Of a stretch of 64,000 bases of DNA, positions 11,172 through 21,968 are shown piece after piece. How positions within the stretch are numbered: position 1 is the first letter of the stretch; each line of letters starts with the position of its first letter. Source of the DNA: an uncultured Acidobacteriota bacterium (GTDB taxonomy: Bacteria > Acidobacteriota > Vicinamibacteria > Vicinamibacterales > UBA2999); the NCBI GenBank assembly GCA_963814955.1, contig CAWFEX010000016.1:75498-139497 (forward strand). The letters are read 5' to 3'. A program made the position numbers and the translations under genes. The notes beneath the pieces were generated by a model that ran no database searches, was not told the origin of the DNA, and was given only the letters and a program-made list of their open reading frames with translations.

Positions 11172-11884
11172 CGTTCTGCCCGGGACGACAGACGTACAAG
11201 CCGTAGCCAAACAGCTCAGGCCCCGTGGCCACGGTCCTGAGGCCCGCATTCCGAAAAGCCGCCCGGTACTGCTGGTCCGTGAAGAGGCCCAGTTCCTGTC
11301 GTTCCGTGAAATGTGCCACACCGGTGGCGGTTGCCACGAGGTACTGTGAATCGAAGACGGACACTGCTCCCCTGCGCTTCGTGATGTACAAACGTGCCAC
11401 CTTGAGATCGGCGTCGTCGACGCGATCGAACACGAGCCGACCCGTGACAAACCGTTCCGGACTTACCCATGGTTCGACGACGAGCACGCCTCCCGGACGG
11501 AGATGGCGGACGAGGCAACGTATCGCCTTGCCGAGGCTGGCTGAACGTCTTCGCATAGGCGATCGCACCAAACAAGCATGTGATGACGTCGAACTGTCGA
11601 TTTAGGTTGAAATCGACCAACGTGCCCTGATGAAAGCGAACGCCAGGACAGCGTTTGCGGGCTATGGCCAGCATCTGACGGCTCAAATCGAGCCCCTCAG
11701 CATGGAACCTGCCGCGCAGGTGCTCCAGGTGCCGGCCGGTGCCGCACCCGACGTCGAGCAGACTGCGGGCGCCTGGCGCGACGCGCCGCAGAATCCGCAC
11801 GAGCGTGCGGCTCGCTCGTCGATAATCCTTCTTTCGGCAGAGGGCATCGTAGACGACGGCCGACTGACGATAGGGAATCGTCAT
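11143..11884 (-). CDS. TylM1/DesVI-like aminosugar N,N-dimethyltransferase (frameshift near 11545)
   Basis: KDY...A, LLDVGCGTG.H, FDVITCLF.AI.Y, HLRPGGVLVVEPW..PE.F, H/F.E...LGLF...Y..AF..AGL. Confidence 0.75.
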
Positions 11885-12855
11885 GGCCGCTCGAGCGTCC
11901 CACTCCGCTCACGCGTGGAAGCAAACTCGCCCTCACGGTATGCGGGGAAGTACGTCGTCTTGCCAGCGGCTCGGTCCGTTGAAAGGCTGTGGTACACGTC
12001 GCGCTGAAGGACACGCCCGCACAGGAACGTTTGCCGGGTGCCGGTTGCCCACCCGGCCTTGAACCGCTGTAAGCCGTCCAGCGACGCACCCTCCGAGGTT
12101 CCTGCTCCCCCACCGAGATCGAGCCAGCGCACGCATTCGCGGAAGTGCTGAATGGCATGCCAGTAGAGGGCGTACGACGCCATGAACTCGGAACCGCGTG
12201 CGCTCGTTGCGCCCAAGTGTCCGTAAGCGACCCCGTCGTGCACATACCACAAGTGCAGGCCGACAATCTCATCGATCGCCAAAGCGCGGAACATGACCAG
12301 CCCTGGCACACCGAGCTGCTTTTCGAATGCGGCCCGTGAGAACGCTCGGACACCCGTGATGCCGTGCCGCGCGGCCAGCCGTCCATACAGATCGCACCAC
12401 TCATCGAGAAACTCGAGCGGTGTCTGACAGGCGTCTACGCGTACGAGACGGTGAGCCTTGTGTATGTTGCGTCGGTGTGACCGACCGATGACATCGGTAA
12501 CGGGGCACAGAAGGTCGGTGACGTAATGCTGCTTGAAAGGAATGACGACGTCGAACCACCGGCGAAGATCAGCCTCCGCGACATCGCCGAACGGATTCGG
12601 GACCAGCGACACCGAGACGAGAGTCTCGGCCAGCTCCGACAGGTCGACAGGCAGACGAGACCAGGTGCGGCAGTCGAACAGTGGATAACATCCCATGCCG
12701 TCTCGCAGTGCCGATCCAGGAATGGCGCGCTCGACCAGCCAGCCACCGCAATTCGGCAACTCGCGCGGGTGGCCAACGTCGGCAAACGATTCCGCGTATT
12801 GACGATGACAGTAACCTGCGGCCATGTCTGGGTCAGACGTGGCGATCGGCGTCAC
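11881..12855 (-). CDS. GNAT/FemAB-like acyltransferase-domain protein
   Basis: YGHLGATS, SYALYW.AI, LDLGGGAG...GL.RFKAGW; overlaps both neighbours by 4 nt. Confidence 0.7.
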   Translation of the reverse strand: MTPIATSDPDMAAGYCHRQYAESFADVGHPRELPNCGGWLVERAIPGSALRDGMGCYPLFDCRTWSRLPVDLSELAETLVSVSLVPNPFGDVAEADLRRWFDVVIPFKQHYVTDLLCPVTDVIGRSHRRNIHKAHRLVRVDACQTPLEFLDEWCDLYGRLAARHGITGVRAFSRAAFEKQLGVPGLVMFRALAIDEIVGLHLWYVHDGVAYGHLGATSARGSEFMASYALYWHAIQHFRECVRWLDLGGGAGTSEGASLDGLQRFKAGWATGTRQTFLCGRVLQRDVYHSLSTDRAAGKTTYFPAYREGEFASTRERSGTLERP

Positions 12856-13511
12856 CGGCGGTCGAGAGCGAACGGCTGCCGATAGACATAGGTCGTGTAT
12901 TCGTACGCCTGGTAGTCATGACGGACGACGAAGTGCCGGCTCAGATGCTTTCCCACGAAGCCCGCCACGACGTCGAAGGGAAGGTGGAACAGATCGTCGC
13001 GTTCCCAATCGACGAGCGTGGACATCACGTTGAACGCCATGCCGTGCCGACAGTGCCGGTAGGCGGTCGTCGTCAACTGCTCCCAGTACCGCATCATCTC
13101 AGTGCGGTCGATCGGGCCGCGATAGTTGAAAACGCCGTTGAGCACCACGTAGTCGAAGATCGGCAATTCCTCGTCTCCGCCGAGCACGTCCATGAGAATG
13201 AATTCGTGTTGCGGATGCCGTGCCCGAGCGGCTGCCAGATACCTGGCCGAGATGTCCAGTCCGACGTATCGGAGATGACGATAGTCGGCGTGCGATTCGA
13301 TGAAGTCGAGCAGATGTCCGAGGCCGCAGCCCAAATCGAGGATCGTGACGGGCTTGTGGTGTTCGCGGACCAGCCCCAGCATCAACGCGTAACGCTCGGT
13401 GGCCTCCTCGGGTGATTTGGTATACCCGACACCGCGGAAGCTGTCGCCGTACTTGATCAGGTCCTCCTCGCAGGCTGCCGAGATGATGTGCTGCGGGCCA
13501 CGTGAGGCCAT
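12852..13511 (-). CDS. Class I SAM-dependent methyltransferase
   Basis: ILDLGCGLG, YVGLDIS, FDYVVLNGVF. Confidence 0.85.
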   Translation of the reverse strand: MASRGPQHIISAACEEDLIKYGDSFRGVGYTKSPEEATERYALMLGLVREHHKPVTILDLGCGLGHLLDFIESHADYRHLRYVGLDISARYLAAARARHPQHEFILMDVLGGDEELPIFDYVVLNGVFNYRGPIDRTEMMRYWEQLTTTAYRHCRHGMAFNVMSTLVDWERDDLFHLPFDVVAGFVGKHLSRHFVVRHDYQAYEYTTYVYRQPFALDRR

Positions 13512-13737
13512 GATCGGATCAGGACTCTTCCGGGTGGGGAATGCCAACCCACGCGATTGTAGATCGATGGAGCCGAGCCGCGTCGCTGCTTCTCAGTTCT
13601 TCACGGGAAGTCGCGCAACATGGGCCGCGTCGCGTGATCGTCTGGACGGCACGGCGGCCGAGGGTCCCGGAGCGCCGCACAGGCGTCGGCGAGATCGTCG
13701 GAGCTCCCGCGCTTGCGGATGCCGGATCCCTGGCCAT

Positions 13738-13766
13738 TTGACACGACCCACGTTCCACGCTAGTTT
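13738..13766 (+). promoter_or_regulatory. Putative sigma70 promoter for the receptor at 13815
   Basis: TTGACA-17 bp-TAGTTT. Confidence 0.55.
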
Positions 13767-13814
13767 CGGCCAATTCCGACACGCAGAGCGCTGCGCAAAA
13801 CCTAGGGGGAGTTA

Positions 13815-16800
13815 ATGAGACGCCTTTTCGGGTGTGTGTTCGTTGGCGCATTGATTCTTGTCCTCACAGCCGCATCAGCGTCGGCACAGGCGACCGGCGA
13901 GCTCGCCGGCCGCGTGACCGACGAGAGCGGTGGCGTGCTGCCGGGCGTAACCGTTACCGCCACGCAGACCGACACCGGATTCACGCGAACCGTCGTGACC
14001 GACGGCGAAGGAAACTGGGTCATGCCGAACATGCAGACCGGCCCGTACCGGCTGGAGGTCATGCTCCAGGGTTTCCGCACATACGTGCAGACGGGCATCG
14101 TGCTGCAGGTCGGTGGAACCCCAACCCTCAACGCGGCTCTCGCAGTGGGCAGCCTCGAGGAAACAATTTCAGTTGAAGCGGCCGCGCCGGTCGTCGACGT
14201 CCGCAGCGCGGGCATCAGTGAGGTCGTGCAGGATGTCCACGAGCTTCCGCTTCAGGGGCGGCAGGTGACCGATCTCATCATGCTGGTCGGCGCCGCCGTC
14301 CAGACCGGCACGGCCGACAGCCGTAGCATGCAGGGGGGCGTCAACATCTCCGTCGCGGGCGGCCTCTCGTTCGGCGTGGCGTATCTGCTGGACGGGGCGA
14401 TGCACAACAACCCGCAGAACAATGCCAACCTGCCGATGCCGTTCCCTGACGCAGTGCAGGAGTTCAGCGTCGCGACCAGCGGCCTCACGGCGCAGAACGG
14501 TATTCATTCGGGCGCGTCGGTCAACGTGGTGACACGCTCAGGCACGAATGCCTTCCACGGGAACGTCTTCGAAGTGCTTCGTGACCGCCGTTTCAACGCT
14601 ACCGACCCGTTTGCCCGAATCGGTCCGGACGGCAAGCGCGTGGACGACGGCCTCAACAGGCATCAGTACGGCGGCACGCTGGGTGGCCCGATCGTGCGCG
14701 ACCGGCTATTTTTCTTTGGCGGCTACCAAGGCACCCGGCTGCGTCAGCAGCCGTCGGCGAACATCGCCTACGTGCCGACTGCCGCGATGATTGCCGGCGA
14801 TTTCACGGCGTACGCCTCGCCCGCGTGCCAGGGGCGCCAGGTTACGCTCTTATCGCCATTCGCCGGCAATCGCGTCAGTCCGGCAATGTTCAGCCCGGCG
14901 GCGCTGAATCTCATCAGGCGGCTGCCCTCGACCACCGATCCGTGCGGGCAGATCACATACACCACATCTGACAACCGTGATGAACGCCAGGCAGTCGGCC
15001 GGGTCGACTATCAGCTGAATCAGAACCACTCGATATTCGGTCGTTACATGATGACGGCGCACAAGAAGCCGGCCCCCTTCGCGCAGGATCCCGATAACGT
15101 TCTGACGGTCGGCACGCCCGGCCTCGACAACCTGGCGCAGTCGGTCGCTGCCGGCAGCACCGTTGTCTTCGGCAACAACATGGTGAATTCGGTACGGTTC
15201 GCCTTCAACCGGACCGCCATCGATCGCAGCAGTCCGGCCTGGTTTTCGCCGGAGGATCTCGGGTCGAAGTTCTACAGCTACCAGCCTGGCGAAATGGTGC
15301 TGACGATCCCCGGAGGGTTCAACATTTCGGCGGGAACCGCGACCACCGGCCGGTTCAATACCAATACTTACCAGATGAGCGACGACCTTTCCCTGGTGCG
15401 CGGCAACCATCAGCTCGCGTTCGGTGCAAACGTCGCCTACTGGAAGATGGACTTCCTCACGCACGCACGCTCGGGCGGCGACTGGAACGTCAACGGACAA
15501 GTCACAGGTCTTGGACTCGCCGATTTCATGCTTGGGCGAGTCGCGCGGCTCGAGCACGGCGGTCCGGCAACGATGCCGATGCACATGCTGTATCTGGGGT
15601 TCTACACCCAGGACACATGGAGAGCGACGTCCCGACTTACGTTGAATGCGGGTCTACGGTGGGAGCCGTTCCTCGGTCAGGAGCTCGAGAACGCTCAGGT
15701 GTACAACTGGGTTCCCGAAAACTTCCGCACCAATACGCGGAGCACGGTCTTCGTAAACGCCCCGGCCGGGTTCATTTACCCCGGCGACCCGGGCTTTCCA
15801 TCGGGCAATACGGGCCTGAGCAGGCAGTGGCTGAACTTGTCGCCGCGCGTCGGTCTCGCGTGGGATGTCGGCGGCGATGGACGAACGGCGGTGCGATCGT
15901 CCTACGGCATCGGCTACGACTTCCCGACTGCTGAACGGCACAACATCAACACGCAATCGCCGCCGTGGGGGAACCGGTCCCTCGTCGAGAATCCACCGGG
16001 CGGATTCGACGATCCGTACGGCCATCTAGGAGGGAATCCGCATCCCATCGTCGCGAGCAGGGAAGTGCAGTTCATCCCCTTCGGCGCGTACGGCGCGACC
16101 GATCCGGATATCAATTCGCCGCGGGTTCAGTCGTGGAACCTGACCGTCGAGCGGCAGTTCGGGATTGAATGGGGCATCGCGGCAAGCTATCTGGGGAGCT
16201 ACACCGATCGGCTCTGGATGCAGATTCAGCTCAACCCCGCCGAGTTTCTGGGTACCGGGCCGTGCACCCTCGGCGGCGTGGCCTTTGCCGTGTGCAGCAC
16301 GGCCGCAAACGTCAACCAACGTCGGCGGCTGTCGCTTTCAGGGGAAAATCCCGCGTCCGCGGCGCTCATCGGCAACCTCGATCTGCACACGAGCATCGGC
16401 GAACAGAGCTATCGCGGTTTCCGGGTCTCCGTGCGCCGGCGCTCAGCGAACGGGATCAGCCTTAATTCCAACTACACGATCAGCCGCTGCTTCGGTGACA
16501 ACACCACCGGCGGATTCCCGCAGCTTGCGCAGGGTCCAACGAATCCGGATGACCCCGACGCCGATCGTGGCCACTGCGACCAGGATCGCACTCACCTCGC
16601 CAACCTGAGCCTCGGATACGCGACGCCAGAGCTCGGCAACGCTGCGATGCGTGCGATTGCGTCGAACTGGCGAATATCCGGCATTTTCAATGCGCGGTCT
16701 GGCCAGTGGCTTACCATAACCACCGGTACCGATCGAGCCTTGAACGGGCAGCGCTTCCAGGAGCAGCGCGTCGATCAAATTAGCGATGACGTTTACGGAG

Positions 16801-17133
16801 AAAAAACCCTCACGAACTACTTGAATCGCGCGGCGTTCGCCCAGCCCGCGTTAGGCACGTTCGGAGACTTGGAGCGAAACAGCATCATCGGACCGAGCGT
16901 TCTGGACGATCGATCTCGCGCTGGCAAAGTTCATTTCGTTTGGGGCGGCGCAGAACCTCGAGCTCCGCCTCGAGGCATTCAACCTCCTCAATCATTTCAA
17001 CTGGGGAAATCCCGGCACTAACCTCAACGCTCCCGCAACGTTCGGCCGAGTTCAGTCGCTTGCGGGAACGCCTCCGAATGCTGTGGTCGGGACGCCTCGC
17101 ATCCTGCAGTTCGGCGTGAAGTACGCGTTCTAA
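13815..17133 (+). CDS. Oar-like TonB-dependent receptor (frameshift near 16900)
   Basis: Signal peptide, GRVTDESGGVLPGVTV, LPLQGR, NAGLRWEP. The terminal QFGVKYAF* at 17133 lies in the shifted frame. Confidence 0.9.
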
Positions 17134-17331
17134 CGCCGGGGGGGGTGGCCCACGAGCCACGCCCCTCGGCTTTGCTCGGGACGTCCTGAGCGACAGTCGA
17201 AGGACGGAGACCCGGAGACACGGAGTTGAGTAATAGGCGCTTTTCTGTGTCTCCGTGCCTCTGTGGTCCGTGATCCCGGTTCTGACTCCCGGTTATCATA
17301 TTTCGCGCCAGATTCGCGCGGAGGAAATGCA

Positions 17332-17751
17332 ATGAGAACCATTGTCGGGCTGTTCGTCGCGAGCGCGTTCGTTCTCTCCTTCGGAGGCGTGCTCGGTGCG
17401 CATCACAGCTTTTCGTCGGAGTACGACGGAACCAAGACCTTCAAGGTCAATGGTGTCGTCTCGAAGGTGGAGTGGACCAATCCACACGTCCGCTTTTATG
17501 TGGATGTGAATGAATCCGACGGCAAGGTGACCACCTGGAACATGGAGCTGGCCAGTCCAAGTGCTCTTGCGCGAAACGGCTGGACGAGCCGCACGCTGAA
17601 AGTCGGCGACAAGGTGACTGTCGACGGTTACCCGGGCAAGGTTGTCGCGACGCGCGGCAATGCACGATCGGTGGTGCTGGCCGACGGGCGATCGTTGTTT
17701 GCGGGCACCGCTGACGATTTGAATTCAGCAGCGCCTGAAACGCGCCAGTAG
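17332..17751 (+). CDS. DUF6152 family exported protein
   Basis: Signal peptide then HHSFSSEYD, WTNPH, W..E..SP..L.R.GW, LKVGD.V.V.G. Confidence 0.85.
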   Translation: MRTIVGLFVASAFVLSFGGVLGAHHSFSSEYDGTKTFKVNGVVSKVEWTNPHVRFYVDVNESDGKVTTWNMELASPSALARNGWTSRTLKVGDKVTVDGYPGKVVATRGNARSVVLADGRSLFAGTADDLNSAAPETRQ

Positions 17752-17765
17752 TCGAGGAGGGTGCC

Positions 17766-18581
17766 GTGCGAAAGCTCGTGCTCGTCGTGGCCGCGGTCGT
17801 CACGATAGTGGTTCCTGTCCTCGCGCAGCAGGGCGGGCCTGAAGGAAAAGGTGTGCTTGGTCCGCTCAACGCGCTCGGTCAGGAAGTTCGCCGCGCACCC
17901 GTTCCCACGGGACCGCCTCCGAGGCTGCCGGATGGCACAATCGACCTCGGCGACGGGATCTGGGTTGGCGGCGGTCCGGTGAACTCGATTGCCCAGGGGC
18001 TCAAGAAAGGCGAAACCCTGCCGCTCCTGCCTTCGGCCAAGGCCCTGATGGACGACCGCGCGAAACGAGACACAGACGATCCGCATCTGTGGTGCCTGCC
18101 GATGGGCGTGCCGCGATCGACGCCATATCCGTTCCGCTTCGTGCAGAACTATACGCACAAGAAGCCGACGCACATGTTCATCCTCCACGAGGGGAACATC
18201 CACAGCTACCGTCAGATCTTCATGGACGGCCGCAAGCATCCCGCCGAGCTCGATCCCACCTGGTTTGGCCACTCGATCGGGTGGTTCGACAAGGACACCC
18301 TGGTCATCGACACCGTCGGCTTCAATGACAAGTTCTGGTTCGATCGGCTGGGCACACCTCACACCGAGCAGCTCCACACAATCGAGCGATGGACCCGCGT
18401 GAACATGGGCAATCTGGCCAACGAGGTCACCATCGACGATCCTGGCGCGTTCTCGCGCCCGTTCACCGTGACGTTCAACGCAAGGCTCAGTCCGTCGACT
18501 GATGAAATCATGGAGAACATCTGCCAGGAGAACAATCAGTTCGGAGTGGCCGGCGGACACGAGAATCCGTTCGCCAAGTAG
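17766..18581 (+). CDS. Secreted conserved hypothetical protein, DUF6152-associated family, subtype A
   Basis: Signal peptide; PRLPDG, CLPMGVPR, MDGRKHP, PTWFGHSIGW, DTLVIDT, PHTEQLH, E.ICQENN. Confidence 0.85.
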   Translation: MRKLVLVVAAVVTIVVPVLAQQGGPEGKGVLGPLNALGQEVRRAPVPTGPPPRLPDGTIDLGDGIWVGGGPVNSIAQGLKKGETLPLLPSAKALMDDRAKRDTDDPHLWCLPMGVPRSTPYPFRFVQNYTHKKPTHMFILHEGNIHSYRQIFMDGRKHPAELDPTWFGHSIGWFDKDTLVIDTVGFNDKFWFDRLGTPHTEQLHTIERWTRVNMGNLANEVTIDDPGAFSRPFTVTFNARLSPSTDEIMENICQENNQFGVAGGHENPFAK

Positions 18582-18589
18582 GGGTGGAG

Positions 18590-18691
18590 ACTCATATCCG
18601 TCCGGATCTCGACTTGATGGAATTCATCTGCCTCGAGGACAACCAGTACGGCATCGCGGGCGGCTTTGCGCCGGCGCAGCCTGACAAGTAG
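18590..18691 (+). pseudogene. Orphan 3' fragment of a subtype-B paralog
   Basis: Reads THIRPDLDLMEFICLEDNQYGIAGGFAPAQPDK*, nearly identical to the C-terminus of 21969..22778, with no upstream gene body. Confidence 0.85.
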
Positions 18692-18695
18692 GGTC

Positions 18696-19502
18696 GTGAA
18701 GAGGATCGTTCTCCTGTCGCTTCTCGCAGCGTCGCTGGTTGCAACGTTGCCGGCCACGCTCCGGAGCCAGGGCCAGGAGCAGGTGACGTTCATCCTGCCC
18801 CGCACACCCATGGTCTCCGACCGGGACGCCATCAGGCCGGTGCCGCGGTTACCAGACGGCAGGATCGATCTCACAGGTCCATGGGTCGGGGGCGGGCCGA
18901 TCGGCGACATCGAGCGCGAAGGCGGGTTGAAGCCCGGTGAGTTGCCGCTCCTTTCGTGGGCGCAGAAGCTGCGCGACTCCCGCAAACCTGAAAACGAGCC
19001 ATATACGCTGTGCCTGCCGATGAGCGTGCCCCGGCAGAACATCTACCCGTGGAAGTTTGCGATGAGTTACTCCGCGCGCGGGCTGACGCACATTTACGTC
19101 CTGCACGAGCTCGGCGACGCCGGCGCGCACCGCGTCGTGTACATGGACGGCCGTGGACATCCCGCGGACCCGGTGCCCACATGGTGGGGACATTCGATCG
19201 GCTGGTTCGAAGGCGACACCCTCGTGATCGACACCGTCGGCTACAACGACCGGTTCTGGTTCGACCGCCGCGGGACGCCGCACACCGAACAGCTGCACAC
19301 GATCGAACGATGGACGCGCCCCAATTACGGCACGATCATCAACGAGTTCACCATCGACGATCCGGGCGCTTACACGCGGCCGGTACAGCTTCAATTCACC
19401 GCCACACACGTCCGGCCTGATATCGATCTCATGGAGTTCATCTGTAACGAGGACAATCAATACGGCATCGCTGGAGGCTTTACTCCGGCACCGGACAAAT
19501 AG
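18696..19502 (+). CDS. Secreted DUF6152-associated family protein, subtype B
   Basis: CLPMSVPR, WKFAMSY, HELGDAGAHRVVYMDGR, PTWWGHSIG, EFICNEDN. Confidence 0.85.
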   Translation: MKRIVLLSLLAASLVATLPATLRSQGQEQVTFILPRTPMVSDRDAIRPVPRLPDGRIDLTGPWVGGGPIGDIEREGGLKPGELPLLSWAQKLRDSRKPENEPYTLCLPMSVPRQNIYPWKFAMSYSARGLTHIYVLHELGDAGAHRVVYMDGRGHPADPVPTWWGHSIGWFEGDTLVIDTVGYNDRFWFDRRGTPHTEQLHTIERWTRPNYGTIINEFTIDDPGAYTRPVQLQFTATHVRPDIDLMEFICNEDNQYGIAGGFTPAPDK

Positions 19503-19600
19503 CTGGTAGGCGCTAGGTCGGTAGGTGTTAGTTAGTCGGTAGCTAGCCGGGGGCCTTCAGGCCTCCGAGTAGTCAGTAGCCCCAAGGGAGGGAATAGCAC

Positions 19601-20446
19601 TTGCGCAGGCTGCTTTCTGTCGCTGCAATCTTCGCACTGGTCGCTCTGTCGCTTGCACACGCCCTCGCCGCTGGTCAGGCCGTCGGCGGTCAAACGACGG
19701 CACCTGCACCGCCATCCGGTACCCTCGGGCCGCTTAATGCCCTCGGCCAGGAAGTCCGCCGTCCACCGGCACCAACGGGGCCATCTCCGCGGCTGCCCGA
19801 CGGGACCGTCGATCTCGGCGACGGTATATGGGTTGGGGGCGGAGCCGGACCCGACATTGCGCTTGGACTGAAGAAGGGCGAAACGTTGCCCCTGCTGCCG
19901 GGTGCGAAAGCGCTCATGGCGGAACGGACCCCGGCAACCGACGATCCGCTGGTGTGGTGCCTCCCGGTGGGCGTGGCGCGCTCGTCGCCGTATCCGTTCC
20001 GATTCGTGCAGAACTATACACACAAGAAACCCACGCACATGTACATCGTGCACGAGACGATGCGCACCTACCGGCAGATCTTCATGGACGGCCGCAAGCA
20101 TCCGTCGGAGCTCGACCCGACCTGGTACGGGCACTCGATTGGCTGGTATGAGAACGACACGCTCGTCATCGATACGGTCGGCTTCAACGACAAGTTCTGG
20201 TTCGATCGGCGGGGGACCCCGCACACTGAGCAGTTGCACACGATAGAACGCTGGACGCGCGTGGACAGAGGCCATCTGGTGAACGCACTGGCGATCGACG
20301 ATCCCGGCGCGTTCTCACGGCCATTCACGGTCACGTTCAACGCGACGCTCAGCCCGCCGGGCGACGAGCTCATGGAATACATCTGTAACGAGAACAACCA
20401 GTACGGAATCGCGGGCGGCAATGCCAATAAGATCGCGAGTCCGTGA
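19601..20446 (+). CDS. Secreted DUF6152-associated family protein, subtype A
   Basis: Shares LGPLNALGQEVRR and FRFVQNYTHKKPTHM with 17766..18581. Confidence 0.85.
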   Translation: MRRLLSVAAIFALVALSLAHALAAGQAVGGQTTAPAPPSGTLGPLNALGQEVRRPPAPTGPSPRLPDGTVDLGDGIWVGGGAGPDIALGLKKGETLPLLPGAKALMAERTPATDDPLVWCLPVGVARSSPYPFRFVQNYTHKKPTHMYIVHETMRTYRQIFMDGRKHPSELDPTWYGHSIGWYENDTLVIDTVGFNDKFWFDRRGTPHTEQLHTIERWTRVDRGHLVNALAIDDPGAFSRPFTVTFNATLSPPGDELMEYICNENNQYGIAGGNANKIASP

Positions 20447-20509
20447 CGCGCAGGTGCGATGGCGTCGAGGAATTCGTAGGCGGGCGGCAATGACGTGAGG
20501 AGGGTTTAC

Positions 20510-21305
20510 ATGAGGAGACTGCTTGTCGTCTCGATCGCGCTGCTGGGACTGAGCGTCGGAGTGCCTGCGCAGCAACGGACGGGGTCTATTCCGACGGGTG
20601 GGACCCCGCTGATCTCGGCCGCCGACGCGTCGAAGCCGGTGCCGAGGCTGCCCGACGGCCGGGTCGATCTGACCGGTCCGTGGGTCGGCGGTGGCTCGAA
20701 TGCGGATATCGAACGGGAAGGAGGATTGAAACCGGGCGAGCTGCCGCTGCTGCCATGGGCGCGCGAGCTCCGGGATTCGCGGAAGGAGCAGAACGAACCG
20801 TACACGATTTGCCTGCCGATGAGCGTGCCCCGCATCAACCCGTTTCCCTGGAAGTTCGCGATGACCTACACTTCGCGGGGGCTGACGCATATCTACCTGC
20901 TGCACGAGCTGGGTGATTCGGGTGCGCACCGGGTGGTTTACATGGACGGCCGCAAGCACCCACCCGATGTTGTTCCGACGTGGTGGGGCCACTCGATCGG
21001 CTCGTTCGAAGGCGACACGCTGGTGATCGATACAGTGGGTTATAACGACAAGTTCTGGTTCGACAGCCGCGGGACGCCCGCACACCGAGCAGCTCCACAC
21101 GGTCGAGCGGTGGACGCGGGTCAATTTCGGGACGCTGGTGAACGATTTCACCATCGACGATCCAGGGGCGTTTTCGCGACCGGTGCAATTGAAGTTCACG
21201 GCCCAGCACGTCCGCCTGGACGTCGATCTGATGGAGTTCATCTGCCTGGAGGACAATCAATACGGGGTCGCGGGTGGCTTCACACCGGCTCAGCCGGATA
21301 GATAA
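20510..21305 (+). CDS. Secreted DUF6152-associated family protein, subtype B (frameshift near 21080)
   Basis: Same motifs as 18696..19502; the shifted C-terminus EFICLEDNQYGVAGGFTPAQPDR* ends at 21305. Confidence 0.85.
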
Positions 21306-21354
21306 TATGTTCTGGTTGGTGGATGGTGGTTGGTGGTTTGTTGGAGGTCTTGCA

Positions 21355-21774
21355 ATGAGAAGGACATTTGGAAGTCTGGCGGCTGGTTTGATGCTTGTCT
21401 GCATGGCCGCGCCTGTCGTCGCTCACCACGGGTTCGACACCGAATACGACGCAAAAAAGAAGGTCAAATTCGAGGGTGTCGTGAAGCAGGTCGCGTGGAC
21501 CAATCCGCACATGCGCGTGTACATCGACGTGACGGAGGGCGGCAAGGTCACGACCTGGAACATGGAGCTGACCAGCCCCAACTCAGTGCAGCGCCAGGGA
21601 TGGGGCCGGAACAGTCTCCTGCCGGGGGACAAGGTCGTGTTCGAAGGCTACGGCGGCAAGGTAATGGAGAGCCGCGGGTCCCTCGCGCGAATTGCCAAGC
21701 TCGACGCGCCCGACAAGCCGCTCTTCGTCCAGGGCGGACCTGAGTCAGCGTCGCAGGGCTATCCCCAGCAGTAA
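21355..21774 (+). CDS. DUF6152 family exported protein
   Basis: PVVA-HHGFDTEYD, WTNPH. Confidence 0.85.
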   Translation: MRRTFGSLAAGLMLVCMAAPVVAHHGFDTEYDAKKKVKFEGVVKQVAWTNPHMRVYIDVTEGGKVTTWNMELTSPNSVQRQGWGRNSLLPGDKVVFEGYGGKVMESRGSLARIAKLDAPDKPLFVQGGPESASQGYPQQ

Positions 21775-21968
21775 ATCGATTTGGCGGCAGTCGGGCGGGT
21801 GCACAACCCGCCCACTTTCCTCCGGTAATTCCTCTTCGTCCGAGCGCTCCGCCTGGCGGCGTCTGGTCGCCGCGCCGGAACGCCCCGGCATTCGTACTTT
21901 GCGGTAAAGTATCCGGCAATCAACCTCTTTTGAGAAGGCGCGCGATGTTTGGTGGGAGGAGGCGTGGC

